DNA of 64,000 nucleotides, taken from NCBI RefSeq assembly GCF_000384255.1, contig NZ_KB913035.1, positions 1,784,808 through 1,848,807 of the forward strand. The letters run 5' to 3'. The notes beneath the pieces were generated by a model. That model was not told the DNA's origin. It saw only the letters and a list, made by a program, of their open reading frames with translations, and did no database searches. The DNA comes from Methylotenera mobilis 13 (GTDB lineage: Bacteria; Pseudomonadota; Gammaproteobacteria; Burkholderiales; Methylophilaceae). The translations under genes and the position numbers were made by a program. The stretch's first letter is position 1; each line of letters begins with the position of its first letter. This document shows positions 1 through 9,895 of this stretch, piece after piece.

Positions 1-495
1 GTGCGTTCTAAATAGCTCATCATTAGTATCTTCACACTCATAATGGTAAGAGTGTACAAAGTAAAATCTGGCGTCATTTTCTAATTGATTCATTAATGCA
101 TGCTGCTTTGAAGCAACAACCCGATTCCACCCCATATGAGGTACTCGTAGTAACGAATCTTGAGCGTCAAATTTAAAACGCTTTACCTTACCAGGTATTA
201 GACCAAGCCCTGACTTCAACCCCTCTTCGCTTCCACTAGAAAGTAGTTGCATACCCAAGCAGATACCTAACATAGGTATACCTTCTTCAGCCTTGTCTCT
301 AATCGGCTGAACCAGTCCTAATTTCTCAAGCTTGTCCATTGCGTTATCAAAACTACCAACTCCAGGAAGTAATAGTTTCGAGGCATTTTGTATATCGTTA
401 ATGTTTGCAGATGCCATAGCCTGGCCACCTGCTTTTTTTATCATATTAAGCACTGAACCTATATTGCCAGCGCCATAATCTAATACCAATATCAC
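1..495 (-). CDS. HisH-like class-I glutamine amidotransferase, C-terminally truncated by the window edge. In a glycan operon it likely acts in amidino/acetamidino sugar formation (WbuY-like); that role is an inference.
   Basis: The reverse-strand translation VILVLDYGAGN..LPGVGSF..GICLGMQLL..PHMGWN..FYFVHSY matches HisH motifs. The frame is open to position 1. GTG start at 495-493. Not in the ORF track. Confidence 0.7.
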   Translation of the reverse strand, partial: MILVLDYGAGNIGSVLNMIKKAGGQAMASANINDIQNASKLLLPGVGSFDNAMDKLEKLGLVQPIRDKAEEGIPMLGICLGMQLLSSGSEEGLKSGLGLIPGKVKRFKFDAQDSLLRVPHMGWNRVVASKQHALMNQLENDARFYFVHSYHYECEDTNDELFRTH

Positions 496-546
496 GTTAT
501 ACCTTCTAAAAAGTCATTATTTGAGTTAACTAACTTGATCGCTTTT

Positions 547-1155
547 TTATAAACCATTTTGTAAGCGGTAATTAGCTATCCACTCATCATTAATGGTACG
601 TAGAACTTTTGCAGGGCTTCCGCCAATCATTACATTATCTGGCACATCTTCAGTTACAACAGTCATTGGTAACACTATCACTTGATTACCAATAGTTACT
701 CCTGGGTATATCGATGATGGTCCTCCAATATAACAACCACTACCAATTTTAGTTGGCTTGCGCACAATCCATGGATTACCACTTCGATTATCCATCATGA
801 TGTTGGATAAGGATGAGCTATGAGACCAAACAAGAGCTCCAACCGCAAAAGTGGTATGTGAACCGACTATTAAGCCACCTGATGCATCAAGAACTACATT
901 TTCGCCAACCCAGACATGTTCACCACAAACTAGACTATCTGGTGAAATTATTTTTGCTGACTCTCTTACTCTACATCCATGAGGCAATCCAAGCATCGCA
1001 GCACGCTCATCATCAGTCATGGCCAATGCAAGTAATTTTCGTAGAATATCTTCTCTTAAAGCTTGTGTACGCTCAGTGTCTACAAAGCTAAGGTCATCAG
1101 ATGCCCATAAAGCTTGAGCTAATCTGATAATACCCTCTTTGACAGCGTCACTCAT
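547..1155 (-). CDS. Hexapeptide-repeat (left-handed beta-helix) sugar acetyltransferase.
   Basis: 202 aa with repeated [LIV]G-x4 hexapeptides (VGENVVLDASGGLIVGSHT.., IGSGCYIGGPSSIYPGVTIGNQV). ATGA overlap with the upstream aminotransferase gene. Confidence 0.7.
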   Translation of the reverse strand: MSDAVKEGIIRLAQALWASDDLSFVDTERTQALREDILRKLLALAMTDDERAAMLGLPHGCRVRESAKIISPDSLVCGEHVWVGENVVLDASGGLIVGSHTTFAVGALVWSHSSSLSNIMMDNRSGNPWIVRKPTKIGSGCYIGGPSSIYPGVTIGNQVIVLPMTVVTEDVPDNVMIGGSPAKVLRTINDEWIANYRLQNGL

Positions 1156-2243
1156 TTAGTTGCATTCATAATCGCATCCACAACAGTATCCACCTCAACC
1201 CCACCAAAACAAGGTAGTGTAATTGTCGTTTGTTCTAACAGAGTTGCATTCTTTTGTGGGTCAGCATACTTACTCATGAAATATGTACCGCTACTCATTG
1301 CATAGGTACCAATAGTTGTTTCAACTCCTACTTTTCGCAAAGCCAACACTAGAGCATCACGATTACAGTTTTCTGGTACTTTAAAGACAAGTGACTGAAT
1401 ATTAGAGCGCGCCCCAGCAGTGATTTCCTGAGGTACGAATCCTAATGGCTCAAGTTTCGAAATGTAAGCATTGCGAACGTTATTGCGCTCATCAACGATA
1501 TATTCAATTCTTGCAAGTTGTTTGCTTGCCATAATCGCTTGAAGTTCTGGCAGCCTAAAGTTGTATCCATAATCAACAAAATCCATGGCTATACCTTTTA
1601 AGCCTTTAGCGCCATGCATAAGTTTTACGTCTAGCCAGTCTGCCCAATCATCACGATTAGTGGTGATTGCACCACCTTCACCGCTACTGATTAGTTTACG
1701 TGGATGAAAGCTGAAACATGTTAGATCGGCAATAGAACCACAGCGCTGTCCATTTTCAGCGCTGCCTATGCCACAAGCTGCATCCTCAATTAATGGCAAA
1801 CCATGCTTCTCACAAATTGCTTTGATCTTAGTAATACCTGCTGGACTACCTAGGGCATCTACAAAAATCACGGCTTTAGTACGCGCATTGATTTTTTTCT
1901 CAAGCTCTTCTGGCAACATATTAAAAGTTTGGGTATCGACATCAGCAAATACAGGCGTTGCGCCCAAGTCCTCTACAACATTAGCTGTTGCAGGAAACGA
2001 AAAGTCAGACACAATAACCTCATCACCTTTGCCTATATTTAACAGTTTGAGGCACACCCATAATGCAGTGGTTGCTGACGTCATTAAAAAGGCATGCTTA
2101 GCACCGGTATATTCTGCCAGCTGCTTACGCAATAGCTCTACATTATGACCACGTGTAAATATACCACTCTCAAAAACCGCTTTAAATTCTGCTTCAACCT
2201 CATCGTAGGCAATGTAAGGTTTCATTAAACGGATGTTATTCAT
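1152..2243 (-). CDS. DegT/DnrJ/EryC1/StrS-family PLP-dependent sugar aminotransferase.
   Basis: 363 aa with the family-typical length and N-terminus. 4-bp overlap with both neighbours. Confidence 0.85.
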   Translation of the reverse strand: MNNIRLMKPYIAYDEVEAEFKAVFESGIFTRGHNVELLRKQLAEYTGAKHAFLMTSATTALWVCLKLLNIGKGDEVIVSDFSFPATANVVEDLGATPVFADVDTQTFNMLPEELEKKINARTKAVIFVDALGSPAGITKIKAICEKHGLPLIEDAACGIGSAENGQRCGSIADLTCFSFHPRKLISSGEGGAITTNRDDWADWLDVKLMHGAKGLKGIAMDFVDYGYNFRLPELQAIMASKQLARIEYIVDERNNVRNAYISKLEPLGFVPQEITAGARSNIQSLVFKVPENCNRDALVLALRKVGVETTIGTYAMSSGTYFMSKYADPQKNATLLEQTTITLPCFGGVEVDTVVDAIMNATK

Positions 2244-3220
2244 ACTAACCCCTTAATATTATTCTTATACCACTCGAGGGTTTCACGTAAGCCTTGTTCA
2301 AAATCTGTTAATGAGTAATCAATCATTTGGTTTACTTTTTCATTACTTGCATTGTGGCATAGCACATCAGATTTACGTTCAGGTTTATTAACAACATCCC
2401 CACTGTATTGCATTTCTGCACATATCTTGAGCAATAAATCTTTAATTGAGATTTGATTGTCTGTGGAAATATTTACTGACTCCCCTTTAGGCATTACATC
2501 ATAAAGCTTAACAACAGCATCAACTGTATCGTGCACGTAAATAAAGTCACGGCTTTGCGTACCAGCACCATGCAATTCAGGTGCGATATTGCTTAAAATT
2601 CTCCAAGCAGTGATAGGAATTATCCCAGCCAAATATCCTTTGTAATTTTGCCTAGGCCCATAATTATTAAATGGTCTAACAATAAAGGCATCAAGGTCAA
2701 ACATCTTGACGTAGCTCTCCACTGCATGGTCAGCTGCTGCCTTTCCTGCTGCATAAGTCGTAGTAGGGTTTTTAGGATGAGCCTCATCCATAGGCTCGTA
2801 CACCGCGCTACCATACACTTCAGAAGTAGAAAAATGACAGAGCGTTTTAAATAACCCACGGCGTTGAAGCTCTAACAAATTAAGCACTACATTAACATTG
2901 GTAGAAAATGCATTAGCTGGATTTAAAAAGGAATAATTTAATGCTTTAGTTGCACAATTAAATACCGAATCGATTTTATGATTTACAAAGATATACTCTA
3001 AACTAGTCGCCAACTCTGCATCATCACGATACAAGGTCACTAAACCTGTGCTTAATGCATCTTTTAGGTTATCTTCATCCCCAGTGAATAGATTGTCTAT
3101 AACAACGACTTCTATTGCGCCATCCTTTAAAAGACGATCAACAAGATGGCTACCTATAAAGCCAGCACCTCCAGTAACTAAAACTCGGCTGCCAGAAATT
3201 TTTGGTCTATTTGTTATCAA
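2240..3220 (-). CDS. NAD-dependent sugar epimerase/dehydratase (extended SDR).
   Basis: 326 aa with the N-terminal Rossmann motif VLVTGGAGFIGSH. TTG start supported by an AAGGA Shine-Dalgarno motif about 8 nt upstream. Confidence 0.8.
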   Translation of the reverse strand: MITNRPKISGSRVLVTGGAGFIGSHLVDRLLKDGAIEVVVIDNLFTGDEDNLKDALSTGLVTLYRDDAELATSLEYIFVNHKIDSVFNCATKALNYSFLNPANAFSTNVNVVLNLLELQRRGLFKTLCHFSTSEVYGSAVYEPMDEAHPKNPTTTYAAGKAAADHAVESYVKMFDLDAFIVRPFNNYGPRQNYKGYLAGIIPITAWRILSNIAPELHGAGTQSRDFIYVHDTVDAVVKLYDVMPKGESVNISTDNQISIKDLLLKICAEMQYSGDVVNKPERKSDVLCHNASNEKVNQMIDYSLTDFEQGLRETLEWYKNNIKGLV

Positions 3221-3233
3221 GCCTGATTCCTTC

Positions 3234-4223
3234 TTAAGCGTTCATTGTGTTATCAGCGTGTTCAAGAATTTTTAATACTCGAATCGCCTGCTCTGGACCA
3301 GAGTCCGATTGCTTATTAGTACGAATACAATTAGCAAAATGTTCTAAGCTGTTATATAGAGCATCTTGCTCAGGTATATAAGGTATCCAAATGTCACCCA
3401 CACGTGTTTTAACTGCGTAGTCTTCATACTCCACATCACTACCTGCCAACACATCAACACCCTTGTCATAGATGGTCAACTTTTCGGTAGATGGCTTAAT
3501 GTCATCAAAAACTACCATTTTCTTAGTGCCTGCAACAATCAGCTTTCTCTCTTTTAATGGCGAAATCCAGCTAGATTGAATATGTGCAATGAAGTCGTGA
3601 TATCTCAGCATTAGAAACGTCAGACTTTCTTTAGGATTGTACTTTTTCTCACCTACGGCTTTGATATAAAAAGGTTCTTTACCATCTGACAGATAATCAA
3701 TAATTGATAAATCATGCACAGCCAAATCAGCCATTGCACTTACATCTTTCTTAATCTGCCCTAGATTCATGCGCATTGCTTCTATGTAAAGCAACTCTCC
3801 TAAATCACCAGAAGTGATTAACTCCCGTATTTTCTGTATACAGGGGTGATACATCATGATGTGATCGACATGAATAATCAAACCTTTACTCGAAGCCAAT
3901 GCTGTCAACTCTTCAGCTTCCTTTACGGTAGCTGTAAATGGTTTTTCCACGTAGACATGTTTACCCGCATTCAGAGCATCTTTTACTATTTGAAAGTGTG
4001 CAGAGGTTTCAACAGCTACAGCTATAGCCTGAATTTCAGGCTTAGCTAATAGCTTTTTATAGTCGACTTCATAGTTCGAATGTTCAACATACAGATTTTT
4101 AGCTTTTTCAAGCCGTGATTCTTTCAAGTCACAAATGGTATGCAGCTTAAGTTGCTTATTTGCATAGATATTTTTTGCAACATTTGGTCCCCAATAACCA
4201 TATCCTATTAGTGCAACATTCAT
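3234..4223 (-). CDS. Gfo/Idh/MocA-family oxidoreductase (WbpB-like NDP-sugar 3-dehydrogenase paralog).
   Basis: 329 aa; the N-terminal VALIGYGYWG Rossmann motif fits the Gfo/Idh/MocA family. ATGA overlap with the upstream gene. Confidence 0.8.
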   Translation of the reverse strand: MNVALIGYGYWGPNVAKNIYANKQLKLHTICDLKESRLEKAKNLYVEHSNYEVDYKKLLAKPEIQAIAVAVETSAHFQIVKDALNAGKHVYVEKPFTATVKEAEELTALASSKGLIIHVDHIMMYHPCIQKIRELITSGDLGELLYIEAMRMNLGQIKKDVSAMADLAVHDLSIIDYLSDGKEPFYIKAVGEKKYNPKESLTFLMLRYHDFIAHIQSSWISPLKERKLIVAGTKKMVVFDDIKPSTEKLTIYDKGVDVLAGSDVEYEDYAVKTRVGDIWIPYIPEQDALYNSLEHFANCIRTNKQSDSGPEQAIRVLKILEHADNTMNA

Positions 4224-4774
4224 ACAGCCTCACTAGCATTTTTTATATTAGCAACCTGCCCACATACACTACACTTATGATGGCTATCTAAGCGATTGCC
4301 ACATTCGCATACATAAGCAACAACTTTAGCTGGATTGCCCATCACTAAAGCATGATCTGGCATGCTCTTAGTCACCACACTGCCTGCAGCAACCATTGCA
4401 TACTGCCCAATAGTAATTCCGCAAACTATTGTGGCATTAGCACCCAGGCTTGCTCCCTTTTTAACTAAAGTAGGAGTGATTTTCCAATTTGAATTAAATG
4501 CACGTGGTACTTTATCATTAGTAAACGACACATTAGGTCCGACAAACACATCGTCCTCAATAGTAACGCCACTATACACAGATACACTGTTCTGAACTTT
4601 GCAGTTGTTGCCTATGCTTACACCATGGTCTATATAAACATCTTTGGAAATGATGCAATTAGAACCTATCGTGACATTTTCACGGATCTGCACATTTATC
4701 CAAACTTTTGTGCCGTTACCAATGTTGGCCTGATTAGAAACATTAGCGCTTGAATGAATAAACACATCACTCAT
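4220..4774 (-). CDS. WbpD/WlbB-like hexapeptide N-acetyltransferase with a C-terminal Cys4 zinc-ribbon-like tail.
   Basis: 184 aa with left-handed beta-helix repeats. The tail reads CECGNRLDSHHKCSVCG. Paralog of the 5875-6453 gene. Confidence 0.75.
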   Translation of the reverse strand: MSDVFIHSSANVSNQANIGNGTKVWINVQIRENVTIGSNCIISKDVYIDHGVSIGNNCKVQNSVSVYSGVTIEDDVFVGPNVSFTNDKVPRAFNSNWKITPTLVKKGASLGANATIVCGITIGQYAMVAAGSVVTKSMPDHALVMGNPAKVVAYVCECGNRLDSHHKCSVCGQVANIKNASEAV

Positions 4775-5871
4775 AGAGACTCCAGTACCGCCGCAGCTAC
4801 TCTGTGAATCAAAGCATCACTCAAGTAGGGACTCATTGGTAAGCTCATAACGCGCTTTGCTATTGACTCAGAAATTGGGAATGAACCTTCAGATTGATTC
4901 ATGTGTGCAAATACAGGCTGCAGGTTGAGCGGAATCGGATAATGAACTGCTGTAGGCACGCCAAGATCTTTTAATTTTTGCTGAACAGCACTACGGCCAT
5001 CAACCAATATCGTATATTGTGCATATACCGACGCGTTAAAGGATTCGACATAAGGTGTCGTAACGTGATTTTTTAACAATTCATTATACTTTCCTGCAAT
5101 CGTATTACGCGCGATAACTTCTTCTGGAAATATATCCATCTTGGCTAACAATACTGCTGCTTGAATAGTATCTAATCTGCCATTTACCCCGAGTCTTGCA
5201 TGATAATAATGCTTCTCTTGCCCATGCGCTCGAATTTCCCGCATCACTTTAGCAAGCGCATCATCATTGGTAAATAACGCACCACCATCACCATAGGCAC
5301 CTAAGGGCTTGCTCGGAAAAAAGCTAGTTGAGCCTATAGTACTTAAGGCACATGACTTTTTACCTTTGTAAGTTGCGCCAAATGATTGTGCTGCATCCTC
5401 AATCACGGGTAGTCCATGCTTATCTGCTATTGCGTTAATCGCATCAAAATCAGCACATTGGCCATATAAACTAACAGGCATAATTGCCTTAGTTTTCGGT
5501 GTAATTGCGGCCTCGATCTTTGCAGGATCAATGTTGTATGTTTGGGGGTCAATATCCACAAAAACCGGCTTTGCACCTAACAAAGCAATCATTTCCCCTG
5601 TTGCAATAAAAGTAAATGGTGAGGTAATCACTTCATCACCAGCCCCTATACCTAACGCCATCATTGCAATCATCAACGTATCTGTACCACTACTAGCACC
5701 GATACAATGCTTCACACCCACATATTCAGCTAATTTAGATTCAAGTTCTGCAACCTCTGGCCCCATAACATATTGACCATGCTCCAACACTTTGTTAATT
5801 CGAGCCTTGACGTTATCTTCTATATTTTTGTACTGGCTTTTTAAATCTATAAATGGAATTGTTTCGTTCAT
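4771..5871 (-). CDS. WbpE/WlbC-like DegT-family aminotransferase (UDP-2-acetamido-2-deoxy-3-oxo-glucuronate aminotransferase type).
   Basis: 366 aa. The N-terminus IPFIDLKSQYKNIE and PLP-enzyme motifs are typical of WbpE. Confidence 0.85.
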   Translation of the reverse strand: MNETIPFIDLKSQYKNIEDNVKARINKVLEHGQYVMGPEVAELESKLAEYVGVKHCIGASSGTDTLMIAMMALGIGAGDEVITSPFTFIATGEMIALLGAKPVFVDIDPQTYNIDPAKIEAAITPKTKAIMPVSLYGQCADFDAINAIADKHGLPVIEDAAQSFGATYKGKKSCALSTIGSTSFFPSKPLGAYGDGGALFTNDDALAKVMREIRAHGQEKHYYHARLGVNGRLDTIQAAVLLAKMDIFPEEVIARNTIAGKYNELLKNHVTTPYVESFNASVYAQYTILVDGRSAVQQKLKDLGVPTAVHYPIPLNLQPVFAHMNQSEGSFPISESIAKRVMSLPMSPYLSDALIHRVAAAVLESL

Positions 5872-5874
5872 AAC

Positions 5875-6453
5875 TTATCCGATAAAAACACAATTGTTAT
5901 CTACTAGTTTGTAGTGCTGACCAGTTTCAGAGCAGGTTGTTTCAACCTCGTTTCCCATTGGGAATTGGAGCCTTGCCCCGTGTCGACTAATCCAACCAAT
6001 TTGTTTTGCTGGTACACCAGCCATTAACGCATAGGCTGCAACATCTCTGTTTACAACAGCGCCTGCCCCAATAAATGCATATTCACCAATAGTTACACCA
6101 CAAACGATTGTGCAATTAGCGCCAAGCGTTACACCGCGTTTCACTAAAGTATTACGATATTCGTTTTTTCGTGAAACAGCAGAGCGTGGATTATAAACAT
6201 TAGTAAAAACCATGCTTGGACCACAAAAAACATCATCTTCCAAGGTCACATTGTCATACACAGACACATTATTTTGAATTTTGACGTTCGTACCTATTGT
6301 GACATTGTTACCCACAAAAACATTTTGCCCCAATGAACAATCACTACCTATTTTTGCGCCAGCACAAACATGTACCCAATGCCAAATACGAGTATTGTCT
6401 CCAATCTGAGCGCCTTCATCCACAATTGCGCTTGGATGTATTGTTACAGTCAT
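5875..6453 (-). CDS. WbpD/WlbB-like hexapeptide N-acetyltransferase.
   Basis: 192 aa with left-handed beta-helix repeats. It sits between a Gfo/Idh/MocA and a DegT gene, exactly as in the Bordetella wlbA-B-C order. Confidence 0.8.
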   Translation of the reverse strand: MTVTIHPSAIVDEGAQIGDNTRIWHWVHVCAGAKIGSDCSLGQNVFVGNNVTIGTNVKIQNNVSVYDNVTLEDDVFCGPSMVFTNVYNPRSAVSRKNEYRNTLVKRGVTLGANCTIVCGVTIGEYAFIGAGAVVNRDVAAYALMAGVPAKQIGWISRHGARLQFPMGNEVETTCSETGQHYKLVDNNCVFIG

Positions 6454-6455
6454 GC

Positions 6456-7517
6456 TTAGTAATCCAAAGGTAACGCCACACGCTTACCATCTCTAGCTGA
6501 TAAATATGTTGCGACAATTACTTCTAATGATTTCAACCCTTCACGACCATCAGTTTCAGGCTCAGCTTCGCCACGCATCACTTTAATGACATTATCGTAG
6601 TAAAGTGGGTGCCCAAAACCATACACGGATGTTGTTTCATAGCTAGCTTCTTTTACCTGCGCATCTTCAGGCTGCTCATCAGCAAACTCCCAGTGCTGCA
6701 CCTCGTTGACAGCCATTCCACCGATTCTAACCGTGCCTTTTTCACCCAAAATAGTAATGCTACCCTCAAGATTTTTAGGATAAGTCAACATAGTGACATT
6801 CATAGAGCCTAAAGCCCCACTACGCCAACGTAAGCTAATCACTCCTGTATCTTCTGCTTCGATATCTCGCTCTAAAGTTGCGGTATAAGCTTGTAAACTT
6901 TCCAAGGGTCCAATTAGCCACTCAATTAAATCAACATAATGGCTAGCTTGGTTCATGAATGCACCGCCATCATATTCCCATTTACCACGCCACTCGCCTT
7001 GATCATAATAAGACTGTGGGCGCGTCCAGAACACATTCAGATTAACCATGTAGATTTTACCAAAACGCTTTTGCTCTATTGCTTTTTTAAGCATTTGCAA
7101 CGTTGCGTTACGTCTGTTTTGCTTAACAACAAACAGTCTGACACCAGCTTGATCACAAGCTTTTACCATGCGTTTTCCATCTTCCCAGCGTGTTGCCATG
7201 GGTTTTTCGGTCATGACACTACGGCCGGCTTGAGCAATTTCTATTGCTTGATCTGGATGCAGACCAGAGGGTGTGGTTAAAATAAAAACATCAGCATCAG
7301 AGCCTGCCAACATTTCCGTCAACGATCCAAATGCTTTAGCGCTAGTAGTTTTAACTGCCTCAGCCAATGCTGTAGGGTTAATATCACATACAGCAACTAG
7401 ATCAGCATAAGCCTCGTGCTGTTTAATTGCAGCGAAGTGATTTTGTGCAATTCGACCACAGCCAACAAGGGCAAAGCGGATTTTTCTATCGGCAATTGGA
7501 GCTGGAAATTTGTACAT
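6456..7517 (-). CDS. WbpB/WlbA-like Gfo/Idh/MocA oxidoreductase (UDP-GlcNAcA 3-dehydrogenase type).
   Basis: 353 aa; the N-terminal [17 protein letters not shown] Rossmann motif fits the Gfo/Idh/MocA family. Confidence 0.8.
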   Translation of the reverse strand: MYKFPAPIADRKIRFALVGCGRIAQNHFAAIKQHEAYADLVAVCDINPTALAEAVKTTSAKAFGSLTEMLAGSDADVFILTTPSGLHPDQAIEIAQAGRSVMTEKPMATRWEDGKRMVKACDQAGVRLFVVKQNRRNATLQMLKKAIEQKRFGKIYMVNLNVFWTRPQSYYDQGEWRGKWEYDGGAFMNQASHYVDLIEWLIGPLESLQAYTATLERDIEAEDTGVISLRWRSGALGSMNVTMLTYPKNLEGSITILGEKGTVRIGGMAVNEVQHWEFADEQPEDAQVKEASYETTSVYGFGHPLYYDNVIKVMRGEAEPETDGREGLKSLEVIVATYLSARDGKRVALPLDY

Positions 7518-7572
7518 TATTAGCTTCTCTTAAATTATTATTTCTTAAAATCCAGGCTTAGAAATCTAAGCC

Positions 7573-8868
7573 TTAAAATCTAAATACGGTTAATCCTAGC
7601 GCTGCAGCCTCATGCCTGTTATATAAGGCTTTAATATCAGCAAGCACTGGTTTATCTGATTTCATCATAGCTTTTAGCTGAGCAATATCCATTTCACGAT
7701 AAGCCTTGTGTCCAACAGCAACGACAAGTGCATCTACACCAGATAAGTCTTCGATGGTGTTCAATTCTAGTCCATATTCATGAAAAACTTCGTCTGCATC
7801 CGCATAGGGATCAGCTACGACTATATTCACGCCCCAGGCCTTAAATTCTTTAATCAAATCAACCACTTTGCTGTTACGAATGTCAGGGCAATTTTCTTTG
7901 AAAGTAATACCCATTACACCTACTTTACTTTTTGATACATCAATTCCATTTTTCAGCATCAGTTTGATAACATTTCTGGCAGCATAGCGTGCCATGTTAT
8001 CGTTCATTCTTCGCCCTGATGCAATAATTTGGGGGTGGTAGCCTACCTCTTCAGCTTTATGAGTTAGATAATATGGATCCACACCAATACAATGCCCACC
8101 AACCATACCAGGTCTGAATGGCAAGAAATTCCATTTTGTTCCCGCCGCCTCTAACACCTCAATGGTATCTATGTTTAAACGCTCAAATAATACTGATAGC
8201 TCATTTACCAAAGCAATGTTTAGATCCCGCTGGGTATTTTCTATAACTTTTGCCGCTTCAGCAACTTTAATGTTGGAAGCTTTATGTGTTCCTGCGATAA
8301 TGATGGATGCGTATAAAGCGTCTACTTCATCAGCAATCTCCGGCGTTGAACCACTGGTGATTTTTTTTATTTTAGTTAATGTATTTATCTTATCACCTGG
8401 ATTAATGCGTTCTGGACTATAGCCACAATAAAAATCAACGTTAAATTTTAAACCAGAGTGTTTTTCCAAGGTTGGCACGCAAACCTCCTCTGTACATCCT
8501 GGATAAACAGTTGATTCATATATAACAATGTCACCTTTTTTAAGCACTTTACCGACTGTTTCGCTAGCTTTTACTAAGGGTGTTAAATCAGGTCGATTGG
8601 CTTTATCGATTGGTGTAGGAACCGTAACAATAAATATATTTGCCACTCTTAATTTGTCAATATCTGATGAGTACTCCAAAAATGCTGCGTGCCTCAATTC
8701 TTCAGATGTCACCTCTAGCGTATGATCTTGACCGCCTACCAACTCTTGAATGCGCTTTTCATTGATATCAAAACCAATTACGGCTCTAGTTTTTCCAAAC
8801 TCAACAGCTAAAGGCAATCCAACATAACCCAAACCGATTATAGCTATTGTTTTGTTTTTAAAATCCAT
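7573..8868 (-). CDS. Nucleotide-sugar 6-dehydrogenase (UDP-glucose/GDP-mannose dehydrogenase family; WbpA/TviB-like UDP-GlcNAc 6-dehydrogenase).
   Basis: 431 aa with N-terminal IAIIGLGYVGLPLAVEFG. First gene of the sugar operon. Confidence 0.85.
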   Translation of the reverse strand: MDFKNKTIAIIGLGYVGLPLAVEFGKTRAVIGFDINEKRIQELVGGQDHTLEVTSEELRHAAFLEYSSDIDKLRVANIFIVTVPTPIDKANRPDLTPLVKASETVGKVLKKGDIVIYESTVYPGCTEEVCVPTLEKHSGLKFNVDFYCGYSPERINPGDKINTLTKIKKITSGSTPEIADEVDALYASIIIAGTHKASNIKVAEAAKVIENTQRDLNIALVNELSVLFERLNIDTIEVLEAAGTKWNFLPFRPGMVGGHCIGVDPYYLTHKAEEVGYHPQIIASGRRMNDNMARYAARNVIKLMLKNGIDVSKSKVGVMGITFKENCPDIRNSKVVDLIKEFKAWGVNIVVADPYADADEVFHEYGLELNTIEDLSGVDALVVAVGHKAYREMDIAQLKAMMKSDKPVLADIKALYNRHEAAALGLTVFRF

Positions 8869-8976
8869 AGAAAATGCTCTTTCAATTTTAAGATATCTTT
8901 AAACTAACACTTAGAAATTCAATATTGTGTTTATTAAGAAGTTAAAGCGATTAATTTGAAACAACCTGAATCCGGT

Positions 8977-9324
8977 CTAGTCCCTAAAAAGTTTGCTTTG
9001 TGAATCTGTAGCTATTTCATTACTTAAAATACGAATTTCTGATTCCAACACTTCATATTCTTTCATTTTATTTTTTAAAAATCTTAGTGTAATTTTCGCT
9101 TTTTCCTCTATGCCTACTGGCGTAAGCAAATACATATAAGCTAACTTATTTTTACTATTACGAAAATTTGTTACTTTCAGCAAACCAACTTTAATCAGCG
9201 CGTTAAGACAAAAGTTCACTTTACCCAAGCTAACGCCCAACTCTTTAGCTAACTCTCGCTGGCTAATCTCAGGGTTGCTTTGAACTAATTTTAGAATTTT
9301 ATAACGATATTCATCTGTCAACAT
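8977..9324 (-). CDS. EPS-associated MarR-family winged-helix transcription regulator.
   Basis: 115 aa. Contains an HTH segment ISQRELAKELGVSLGKVNFCLNALIKVGLL. Lies immediately upstream of the polysaccharide operon. Confidence 0.65.
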   Translation of the reverse strand: MLTDEYRYKILKLVQSNPEISQRELAKELGVSLGKVNFCLNALIKVGLLKVTNFRNSKNKLAYMYLLTPVGIEEKAKITLRFLKNKMKEYEVLESEIRILSNEIATDSQSKLFRD

Positions 9325-9477
9325 TGGCTAGCTCGTTCATTAATTGAACACACTAATGTTCGAGTTTATAACACAGGTTAAAAGTTGTATAGGGTTTTAA
9401 TCAAAATATAAAATCAACTATTTACTTTTAATAACTTCCCAAGCAATTTGTATTAACTAACGTATCAGCGTAAAGAG

Positions 9478-9876
9478 CTAGTAAGCCCCACCCGTAAACT
9501 TTTTAATATCCCGTAATTGCCTTTTTGTGGGCCGCCCTGCCCCACGGTCTCGCTGGGCAAAGTCATGCTCACCAGTGAGTTTTGCATTTTCACGTTTAGC
9601 AATGCTTTCTGTGGTTTCAGAATACAGCAGTGCGGCTTCTGGTGCGCCTTTGCGTATATTAGATAGCGCTTGAACATTGACTTCAATTTCAAAATCTCGG
9701 TTACGAATGTGAATTACTTGACCGATATGTACCTCTTTTGCTGGTTTTACACGATCTCCATCCACGTGCACTTTGCCTGTATCTATCGCAGTAGTCGCTA
9801 GGCTACGGGTTTTAAAGAAACGCGCAGCCCATAACCATTTATCCAGCCTGCATTTGCTATCAATTTCATTTGCCAT
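9478..9876 (-). CDS. hslR: Ribosome-associated heat shock protein Hsp15 (S4-domain RNA-binding).
   Basis: 132 aa with the S4 motif RLDKWLWAARFFKTRSLA. Follows the lon-like gene after a 19-bp gap. Confidence 0.85.
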   Translation of the reverse strand: MANEIDSKCRLDKWLWAARFFKTRSLATTAIDTGKVHVDGDRVKPAKEVHIGQVIHIRNRDFEIEVNVQALSNIRKGAPEAALLYSETTESIAKRENAKLTGEHDFAQRDRGAGRPTKRQLRDIKKFTGGAY

Positions 9877-9895
9877 TTTAATTATTAAGTATTTG

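Noticed and set aside
9465-9692. 75-aa ORF overlapping hslR in another frame.
   Set aside because: It lies entirely inside the well-supported hslR coding sequence and has no motifs. Overlapping-frame artefact.
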